A stretch of 64,000 nucleotides of DNA, taken from positions 53,109 to 117,108 of the forward strand of contig NIVC01000193.1 in the NCBI GenBank assembly GCA_002269645.1. The letters run 5' to 3'. The notes under the pieces were generated by a model, which made no database searches, was not told the origin of the DNA, and was given only the letters and a program-made list of their open reading frames with translations. This stretch comes from Macrostomum lignano (lineage: Eukaryota). Of this stretch, positions 54,242-64,000 are shown piece by piece. Positions within the stretch are counted from its first letter, which is position 1, and each line of letters starts with the position of its first letter. The translations under genes and the position numbers were made by a program.

Positions 54242-57200
54242 ATGTTTGTTCTGCTCATTCTTTTGTGCCGAGTTCACTCGATACAGTCGCTGCCAACCAG
54301 AGCCAATCAGGTGCTTTTGTTTTGAAGGCAATAAGATCAGCAAATGCATTTTTGTCAATCCGTAGATCAGTTTCCCAGCCTTCTATTATTATTTAATTAG
54401 TCTATTAGTCGTTTCTTAGTATGCTGCATCGTTTTGTGCTTTGCCTTTGACCAACAGAGCCACTGAGCGCGGATGCTTCTGCAACGAAGATGTCTTCTAA
54501 TAGTACAGTGATCTGTTCACAGCATTGCTTGTTGTGCCGTTGTGGAATAGCGAGCTACGGTATATTGTGTCTTAGCATCTAGTTCAAGTTAAAAAAATGA
54601 TTTCCTTAATGATTTTTTATTAATTTCCTCGTTTTTAGTTAAGCTACTATTAGTAAACTCAACGAGTAGTTAGAATCTTGACGGGAACGCGAAATTGCCT
54701 AGCGAATTTATAACGAATGAGTGAACGATCTGGCATTTTGTCAATATCCTATAGAACTGCACTCCATCCTAGACAAAAGCAATTAATTAATTTATTATTA
54801 ATTTATTATTATCTTTTGATAAATTGATAAATAATAGCCATCCTTCTTAGGCGCGGATGAAGGCATATAACCTATTTCTTATCTGCGAAATTTCCTGAAA
54901 TTAAGGAAAAACTAGCTTTGATGAGCTAGATATAAAAGCAGTGTGCAAAACCAAGAGTTGAATAGTTACTCAAAGAGCAGTCACAGTCTGGGTGGCTCAA
55001 ATTTAAGTTCATAAGTGTATTACAGCGCATTCCTCAGCGGCCGCTATTGTCACCAGCAAACTCTATTTTGTATATTTGAATAAATATCCAATGAGTAGCG
55101 AGACGCAGGACTCAACCGGAGAAAACACAAAGCTTAATAAACAAAAATGTCCGAATTCGTCAATACAATTCTCACGCCTCCCCTGAAGACAGAATTCGGT
55201 CGATACAATATGCCCTGAAAACTTCTGATTTCCCATGAATCCATGACCCAGCAGAAGTCCAAAAAAGCAATCCTAGAAATCCTATCGCATTGTCTGCACA
55301 GTGTACAGGTATGCAAAATATTACAGTGACTTTAGTTGATATCGGTATAGAATGAAACTAATCCATTCTGCCAGAGCCTCAGAAGTTGGCCTTTCATGGC
55401 TGAGTATCGCCTCAGGCCAATCGCACGGAATCGAACCAACTATACATGCATACATTTTTCGCAAGAGGCAGCTGCTCAGCCTCTCAATTGCTTCATCAGT
55501 TGTTTACTATTAAAGTGCAGCCGAGCTCCGGCAGCCCGTCTCCACTCTGTCCAGCTCTCGGCCGCAGCAATTCGCTGCATTTTGCATTCCTGCCACCTGC
55601 AGCCAGCAGCAACAGACAGGCTTGAGCACGCACTGAATGGCCTGAGAGCCATCGAATTATGATATGCGAGCATGGTCACAATGGCTTTTTAAGACAAAAC
55701 GCAGTCGAGCTGTAGGCAGCGGGTGGTTAGAGAGGCCAGCTTAACCTCTCTGTATCTCTGCTCGCTCGCTATTCTCAGGCCAGCTCACCGCTCTGTCAGC
55801 CTCCCTGCAGTTTGGCAGACTCCGGGGGCAACCAGCAGTGCTGTACTCGGTCTGTTTTGAGTAGTGAGCTGAATGGAGCTGCATTCTAGCTAGACTTATT
55901 TATTATCTCAGGCAGGAGTTGCGGGGTTGGGTGGTTCGAGAGGCCAGTATGGGGTGATTGCGAACTCGAGTAGTTTTCTCTTTGCGGGCTTTTATGACGC
56001 CAGACTGTCGCACTGCGAGTGCTGAGCTGGGTGGGGCCGTTCCAGATGAAGCTTGGAGATTCATTTAGCGATGAGGCTGCCGAGATGACCAGCGCAAAGC
56101 TGAGCTGTCTGAGGCTGCAGTGGCAGCTGCTCCCGAAAGAGTTGCAGCCCCAGCCTTGCACAATGGAGACTCTGCATTGTGCTTTAGCACCCTGCCTGCC
56201 CCCTCACTGCACCTTCGCTTCTGTGCTCAGAGATGACGGGCGGAGGCTGGGCTGCCAGCCAGCTGCATTTTTTTGATAGTTTAGCGCTTTCTCGAAGCAT
56301 GAGAAAACAAGCGTTTATTGAGCGGAGTCTGCATGATCTGAGCTGGGATCTGATAGAGAACAAAGAAGCTGAGCTGGGATCTTATGGAGAGTAGAGAAGC
56401 TGAGCTTTCGAGTTGACAAATCTCAGCAGTGAAATGCTAAAGTGCCGGTCACCAAGTGCAAAATGCAATAAAAAAGCCAGGCAGCCGCAGTGCACAGATA
56501 AACCGTGTGAAATCCAAAATCAGCCTATATGTGAGTCTCGCACTGTCCTGGGCAGGCCGAGAGCTGGACAGAACAGAGACGGGCTGCCAGAGCTCGGCTG
56601 CACTTTAATAATAAACAACTGATGAAGCAATTGAGAGGCTGAGCAGCTGCCTCTTGCGAAAAATGTATGCATGTATAGTTGGTTCGATTCCGTGCGATTG
56701 GCCTGAGGCGATACTCAGCCATGAAAGGCCAACTTCTGAGGCTCTGGCAGAATGGATTAGTTTCATTCTATACCGATATCAACTAAAGTCACTGTAATAT
56801 TTTGCATACCTGTACACTGTGCAGACAATGCGATAGGATTTCTAGGATTGCTTTTTTGGACTTCTGCTGGGTCATGGATTCATGGGAAATCAGTAGTTTT
56901 CAGGGCATATTTTATCGACCGAATTCTCTCTTCAGGGGAGGCAAAGCGCCGCCCGCATCATTGGTGATGGCGAAACGAAATCGTCCAACGAAAGTATTTG
57001 GTCGGCAATTTTCGACTGGTTCAAATCGAACCTTGACGTTTTAATTTGTCCCACTGTAGTCTGCTTGGTACTCACCGTGTCTTGCGTCTTGATGTGCTTC
57101 TGCTTCAATAAATTAAAAACCAAGAAATACAAAATGAGCAAAGTCAAGATCGCCGTTATGTGCATATCGATTGTCGGGCTGATGGCCTTTAGTGCGCTAT

Positions 57201-59255
57201 TTTGGTACCATTCAGCGACACTGCTTCGATCTACGGCTATGGTAAACAACTCTACGACTAACAGAGTCCGCAGCCGAGCCCCGGTTCAGTCCAGGACACC
57301 ATGACTAGCGTTGTTGACCAGTCCATGGTCTTCTTAGACAGCAGCGTTCGTAGAATTAACTCAACTCTGCTCACTCTGCGTTGGAATGCGCTGCCAAAGC
57401 TCCAGGGCCTGTTGAGAGGCATTTCAACCAACCTGCTCAACGCTCTGGCTTCCAACTCCAGCCTAAAGCCGCTTTTCGATTTGTTAGACACTTTCTTGGC
57501 AACTGCGCACCGAATCATGAGCAGCATGGAGTCCATTTCTCGAGCACGAAGTGGCGTCCTGACTCAGTTGGCACATCTGACTGGAATCCTAAACCAGCTG
57601 CATTCCAAAATCAATCGAACACTGGTCTCTGTGTGCGCATACGGCAGTTTTGCCTCAAACAGTTCAGAGTGCAGCAGTCTTACAAAGCATCTCGGCAAAA
57701 TAACTATCGGTCCGAACTCGTCGTCTATTGACACGGACGTGAGCGTTTCGGTTGTGACGTTGCAGCGGCTGTTTAACCTAAACATAACTCAGCTAGATGT
57801 TCGCCTTCGGGAAGCCAAGGAGTTGCTAAACAACATGATTGGATCCGTGGACACGTATGTTGAGAACTTGCTGAATCAGCTGATTGGGACAGTGTCTCGA
57901 GAGTTCCAAACCTGGTTGTCGGAGATCGCCAAGTTTGGCGAAACGATGCGGGATCACGTCACGGGCCCTGATGTCGAAGCATACGCCAACTATCCCAGGA
58001 TTGGCGTTTATATTATTCTCGCATTGTCGGTGCTAACTTCTCTGACTGTGATAACCGCAGTCCTTTGCTCCATTTCAGAGCTTAGAAAAGAGATTAACCG
58101 GCGGCAGATAGAACCGAATAATAACCGTTGCAACTCAAGAAAACGTTTTATTGCAGTACTTACCATTGTCATGATGCTTTTCATCATAGTCTTGCTCACC
58201 TGCGGCTGTCTCGTGCTCACAGTCGGGATCGTCGCTGAACGAGATGTAGTCGCGCCGATCACGACAGAAAGTGGCAGACGCGACCTGGACGGCAGCCTAG
58301 ACACCTTCGTGCGAGACGCGGGCTGGCCCCGACTTCGCCGATATCTGGAGTCGGTCACGGACATTCCGCTGCCGTTCAAGTTCTCCAAAGAGCTGCCGAC
58401 TGGAATCTTGCAGCGCATGCTGAGCCGATGCGGTCCGCCTAACAAAGAAACGCTGCCTCAGATTCTCGGTCTTTTGAGCATGGTCGACTCGACTCGGTTC
58501 GTCGACTCGGACTTGATTTCTCGGCAGATTGCTCAACTGCGTCGCAGTTTGACGTCACAGCTTGAGAACCGCAACTCGGAGTCCCTCATCTCGAAGCAGT
58601 ACGTGGCCGACCTCGCTGTTCAGCTGGAACCGTTTGTGCGCCTCGTGGACTCGGCCGACTACTCCGTAACTCCGGCAGCATCGCCGAGCTGTCGAAGCCG
58701 GTGATCGGTCTGAACGACACTCAGCTGCAGACGATGACCGGAGAGCTGCGGAGTCTCGGTCGGAGAGTCCTCCGCGAGAACAGTACCGACCCGAGGGGCT
58801 TCGAGCTGATGGTGTGGGCCGGCCAGCTGCAGTCGGCTTGGTCGGAGCGCGCGCCCGTCATCAAAGACGGACTGATGCAGCTTCGCGACAACTTCAGCTC
58901 GCTGCAGAGCGACAGAGTGCTCGGACACTTCACAGGTCAGCTGATGACGCGATTCGACCAATTTCGAGTCGGTTTCGACAGCCTCACTCGGAACTTGAGT
59001 CTGATTGAGCTGCGCTTCAACCAGAGCGTCGACGCGTCTCGTCCGAAGGCCGTCGATCTGCTGGACGACCTCCTGCGCAGCGCTCTCGCCAACATCGGCC
59101 ACTGCGACGGCCTCCTTCCGGTGTTCGAGGAAGTCAGCGACTTCAGCAGCAGAGTTGTCGGATTCGTTTGGCGTTTGGGTCTTTGCCTGCTGATGTCCAA
59201 TGCGTTTGCGCTCGTCTGCAGCTGCGTGTGGTACGCGCTAATTTTCATGCTGTAG
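54242..59255 (+). CDS. Prominin-like 5-TM glycoprotein (~780 aa), model tentative at the 5' end, 1-nt frameshift at 58664
   Basis: Candidate signal-peptide exon 54242-54310 (MFVLLILLCRVHSIQSLPTRANQ|GT), exon 56936-57241, possible short intron 57242-57294, exon 57295-59255. Five TM segments with two large N-glycosylated loops, Cys after TM1, and ELSKPVI in loop 2. Confidence 0.6.
55176..56942. mobile_element. Non-autonomous foldback-type element with 388-bp terminal inverted repeats
   Basis: 55176-55563 is the reverse complement of 56555-56942 (about 8 mismatches by eye). The ~1-kb core has no recognisable ORF. No clear TSD, at most GC. Confidence 0.75.
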
Positions 59256-60348
59256 ATGCTGATCTGCAACTCAGCTTCTGAAATGCTGCAGCTGGCGCCC
59301 TCCGTTGAGCAAGCAAAATTTGCGGAAACCTATTTATTATCGGATCTACAGTTGTAAAACAGCGATAATAATTTTATTGAACTTGAATGGGTCTCTCTTT
59401 ATAAGTTTTTGTGCTATCCAGTAATTCTACGTAGCCTAAAATACATGTACATTGCATGAGAAGAGAAGTGTGTTGCTACGGGCGGAGAACTGTTAAGAAC
59501 GCTGCTTTGAAGAGTGATAATTATGATGATGATTAAAGACAGTAATTGTAGGTTCTATAAAGTAAATCTGTCACTTAATACAGGTATATATAGTCGTCAC
59601 CAGGGGCACACCCCACCCCCAATAAAACCTATATGGGGGACATGCCAATGCTCTCCCTCACCCACCTTGTGACCCGTTATGGAAATCTATAATTTTGCTT
59701 CAGGACGACAAAACATATAGTACCTGCGGCGCTAAAATGAGTGCCTGCGGCGCCAAAATGAACGCTGACACAGATTCTGAAAATAATGTACATGTAGGAA
59801 TTTAGTCATGTATACATGTACATGTACAGTACAACTCTTGGCTTTGTCTCTCCCAACATAAAATCCATGGCGACGCCCCTGGGAATATCAGCTGGCATTA
59901 CGATTAACGATTTGGACTAGAATGACCAAAATTTACAGCTACTTTAATCTGTTTTTGCTCGCGGATTAAAAGTGTCGCAAACTATCCGGGCACCCCCTCG
60001 CAGTAATTTTTAAACGAAAGAATGTTTTATTGTTTTTTAATTCAGTGAAACAGTATGAACGAAATCGGTTACATAAGTTTAACATTATATTTGTATAACA
60101 TTAACATTAAAGTTATTGACATTATATCAGAATATGCGCTGATATTGACAACAATCGTTAAGGGTAACGTCGCAGACGCACTAACTACTCTTAAAAACCT
60201 CTAGTTAATTAGGATCGGCCGGGTCTGGCGAAAACACACAAGCAAGAATGAAATTTTGCGTGTTTTTTACCTATTTAAAGGCTTGTTTTTGGACACTTAA
60301 GTTATGAAATTGAGGAGTTGCAGTATTTTTCTTCTGGCGTCGCAAAAG

Positions 60349-63300
60349 TCAAAGTCGATCAACAAGTCCGCAAAACTCGCCAAGTCCCACATTACTCAGA
60401 GCCTGTTTGACCGCGTCAGGTTGAGCTTTGCCGAACCACTGCAACGCCACTCTCTCTGGCTGCTCCACTGTGCTCAACAGCATTGCTTGGGGATCCACTG
60501 CACTCAAACTGCTACTCAACAACTCCACAAACTCTGCAGATTTTTTTTGCATAGCCAATTCCGAACAGATCTTGTCCATGGCTTCTGGGCCGCTCGGAAG
60601 AAGCAGCGATGTAGCAGAACTTGACTGCATCGATTCGTCTCCTTCAAGCTCCTGGTCCTCCTCACCGACAGGCAGCTCCGCCATCAGGCCTTGCAAAGCT
60701 TTTTGAATATTTATTCCTTCAGCCGAACTGATTTCTAATAGATCTATGGGCCTCTTGCCAGATAAATCTCCGGTTGCCAGGGCGTTGCCAAGGCGACGGG
60801 CTAAGATTTGAGAATTCAAAGCCAATTGTCTCAGTTCGGTCAGCAATGGCAGAAGCAAGGTTGAGTACCACTTAGACTGTTCAGAGCAATAGTGCAGCGG
60901 GTTTTTACCAGCCGAGTCAGTGGTTGACAAAAGCTCAGGGCAAGCCTCAGCCAAGGTGGTCATCACCTTCATGGCTGGCCCGATGTCAGAGTTCTCATTC
61001 TCTTCAGCAGTTCTGAGAACAGCTTCAATTAGAAATGTCCGCCGCTCGGCACCTGAGCAGCGCTGTGTGAGCTGTCTGGTTTGCTGAAATATGCCGATAA
61101 ATTATGGCAATTTTAGTTGCTGTGGCAATTAATTGGCCTGCTTAGTAACCACTTGATTCTAGAATACAGTGGAAATTGAAAATATAGAGATAGAGAGGAA
61201 TAGAACGTATAGGGAAGGAAAGAACAGTATAGAGAAAATAGAACAGGATAGAGAAGGAATAGAACAGGATAGAGAAGGAATAGAACAGGATAGAGAGGGA
61301 ATAGAACAGAATAGAGAAGGAATAGAACAGGATAGAGAAGGAATAGAACAGGATAGAGAGGAATAGAACAGGATAGAGAGGGAATAGAACAGGATAGAGA
61401 AGGAATAGAACAGGATATAGAAGGAATAGAACAGGATAGAGAAGGAATAGAACAGGATAGAGAGGGAATAGAACAGGATAGAGAAGGAATAGAACAGGAT
61501 AGAGAGGGAATAGAACAGAATAGAGAAGGAATAGAACAGGATATAGAGAAGGAATAGAACAGGATAGAGAAGGAATAGAACAGGATAGAGAAGGAATAGA
61601 ACAGGATAGAGAAGGAATAGAACAGGATAGAGAAGGAATAGAACAGGATAGAGAAGGAATAGAACAGTATAGAGAAGGAATAGAACAGTATAGAGAAGGA
61701 ATAGAAAGAGGATAGAGAAGGAATAGAACGGATAGAGAAGGAATAGAACAGTATAGGGAAGTAATAGAACAGGATAGAGAAGGAATAGAACAGTATAGAG
61801 AAGGAATAGAACAGGATAGAGAAGGAATAGAACAGGATAGAGAAGGAATAGAACAGGATAGAGAAGGAATAGAACAGGATAGAGAGGGAATAGAACAGAA
61901 TAGAGAAGGAATAGAACAGGATAGAGAAGGAATAGAACAGGATAGAGAAGGAATAGAACAGGATAGAGAGGGAATAGAACAGGATATAGAAGGAATAGAA
62001 CAGGATAGAGAAGGAATAGAACAGGATAGAGAGGGAATAGAACAGGATAGAGAAGTAATAGAACAGGATAGAGAAGGAATATAACAGGATAGAGAAGGAA
62101 TATAAGGATAGAGAAGGAATAGAACAGGATAGAGAAGGAATAGAACAGTATAGAGAAGTAATAGAACAGGATAGAGAAGGAATAGAACAGGATAGAGAAG
62201 GAATAGAACAGGATAGAGAAGGAATAGAACAGGATAGAGGGAATAGAACAGTATAGAGAAATGGAACAGGATAGAGGGAATAGAACAGGATAGAGAAGGA
62301 ATAGAACAGTATAGAGAAGGAATGGAACAGGATAGAGGGAATAGAACAGTATAGAGAAGTAATAGAACAGGATAGAGGGAATAGAACAGTATAGAGAAGT
62401 AATAGAACAGGATAGAGAAGGAATAGAACAGTATAGAGAAGGAATGGAACAGGATAGAGAAGGAATGGAGCAGGATAGAGAAGGAATGGAGCAGGATAGA
62501 GAAGGAATAGACCATGAGAAAATGGAGGAATGAGTAATGTGTTATTATTAAAGATAGAATACACGCACACTACCGTCATTAGCTAAGCAAGAATAGCGCA
62601 CAGTTGGGAAGCAAAAGCGAAAACTTTTGGTTTTCCAGGAAATTGGCAGAATAAAAGTACAAGTAGTTCAACAGTGTTATTCCAACCAGTCAAAATTAAT
62701 GTCTAGGTCTCAGTTTCAATGCACAGCTTGTATACCGCATTTGGCTGTACACAAACCAGGCTGGGGCATGGAGGTACCTACTAACTTGTAACCTAGCTGT
62801 TTGTTAGTGTCTCAATTGAGCGACTCCAGTTCTAGAAACTACAGCCCCACCACCCCAGTCCACTCCCTCACTGATCTGCAGCCACAGCCCCAGCACCCCA
62901 GTCCACTCCTCACTGAACTGTAGGCACAGCCCCCACCCCAGTCCACTCCCTCACTGATCTGCAGCCACAGCCCCACCACCCAGTCCACTCCCTCACTGAA
63001 CTGCAGGCACAGCCCACCACCCCAGTCCACTCCCTCACTGATCTGCAGCCACAGCCCCAGCACCCCAGTCCACTCCCTCACTGAACTGCAGGCACAGCCC
63101 CACCACCCCAGTCCACTCCCTCACTGAACTGCAGGCACAGCCCCACCACCCCAGTCCACTCCCTCACTGATCTGCAGCACAGCCCCACCACCCCAGTCCA
63201 CTCCCTCACTGATCTGCAGCCACAGCCCCAGCACCCCAGTCCACTCCCTCACTGAACTGTAGGCACAGCCCACCACCCCACACTCCCTCACTGAACTGCA

Positions 63301-64000
63301 GGCACAGCCCTACCACCCCAGTCCACTCCCTCACTGATCTGCAGCCACAGCCAGCACCCCAGTCCACTCCCTCACTGAACTGCAGGCACAGCCCCACACC
63401 CCAGTCCACTCCCTCACTGAACTGCAGGCACAGCCCCACCACCCCAGTCCACTCCCTCACTGATCTGCAGCCACAGCCCCAGCACCCAGTCCACTCCCTC
63501 ACTGATCTGCAGGCACAGCCCACCACCCCAGTCCACTCCCTCACTGAACTGCAGGCACAGCCCCACCACCCCAGTCCACTCCCTCACTGATTTGCAGCCA
63601 CAGCCCCAGCACCCCAGTCCACTCCCTCACTGATCTGCAGCCACAGCCCCAGCACCCAGTCCACTCCCACACTGAACTGCAGAAAACCCCACAAATTCTT
63701 AACACAATCTTACCTCTCCTTTGATGCAAGCCTCAATAAAGTGCAAAGCGGGTGTCCAGTTGCCTTTTCGAATAGCAATGAGAATAGCTGACGGGTGCTG
63801 ATCGTTGCCAGCAAGCAGTTCAGGAAATCGATTAATCAAAGCCAACAGAGTCTGCTCGTGGTTTGTTGACTCGGCAAAACCGAAGTACAATTGCTTCAGA
63901 GCCAGAGGAAGCTCAATAGCCAACGCTGGTCCTGTCAGGCTTCTCGGAGAAGGCCTTTTCGAGATCGCTCATCGGTCTCTGTTGCATGGAGTTGGCGCGC
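60349..64000 (-). CDS. Ankyrin-repeat-like protein, 5'-partial
   Basis: Exon ~63935-63714 (AIRKGNWTPALHFI, donor GAG|GTAAGA) splices in phase 0 to exon 61083-60349 (DSAGKNPLHY, DLSGKRPIDL). The frame upstream of ~63930 is unresolved. Confidence 0.55.
61235..62510. repeat. 21-bp purine-rich minisatellite (GAATAGAACAGGATAGAGAAG)
   Basis: Tandem copies in the ankyrin-gene intron. Confidence 0.95.
62840..63680. repeat. ~42-43-bp minisatellite (CCCCAGTCCACTCCCTCACTGATCTGCAGCCACAGCCCCAGCA)
   Basis: Tandem copies in the ankyrin-gene intron. Confidence 0.95.

Noticed and set aside
55091-55175. ATG at 55091 (MSSETQ..) that would join the prominin frame if 55176-56942 were removed precisely
   Set aside because: There is a one-in-three chance of frame match, it has no signal peptide, and it fails if GC is a TSD. 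The 54242 exon fits better.
61113-62579. 488/457-aa hydrophobic YSFSILF ORFs
   Set aside because: Antisense reading of a 21-bp purine-rich minisatellite inside an intron.

Overview
Animal genomic DNA with spliceosomal genes, not a prokaryotic window. The GC-rich exons and minisatellite-filled introns resemble a free-living flatworm such as Macrostomum (inference only). Ten host genes could be rebuilt by hand: a NeuroD bHLH factor (1-nt frameshift), a 7-exon secreted LRR+Ig protein, a 2-exon Crypton-derived tyrosine-recombinase-like gene that has lost most catalytic residues, a UMP-CMP kinase, CHORDC1, an SLC7 cationic amino acid transporter, a secreted PAN/Apple+LamG protein, a divergent TRPV-like channel, a prominin-like 5-TM protein and a partial ankyrin-repeat gene. 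Mobile DNA comprises a young full-length Ty1/copia element inserted in a (GACA)n tract, a 1.77-kb element with 388-bp inverted repeats, two inverted CORE-like tRNA SINEs, small MITE-like palindromes and a TSD-flanked insertion with a partial HDV-like ribozyme fold. Most introns hold their own private tandem repeat. All exon models come from reading splice sites and frames by eye and need RNA-seq confirmation.
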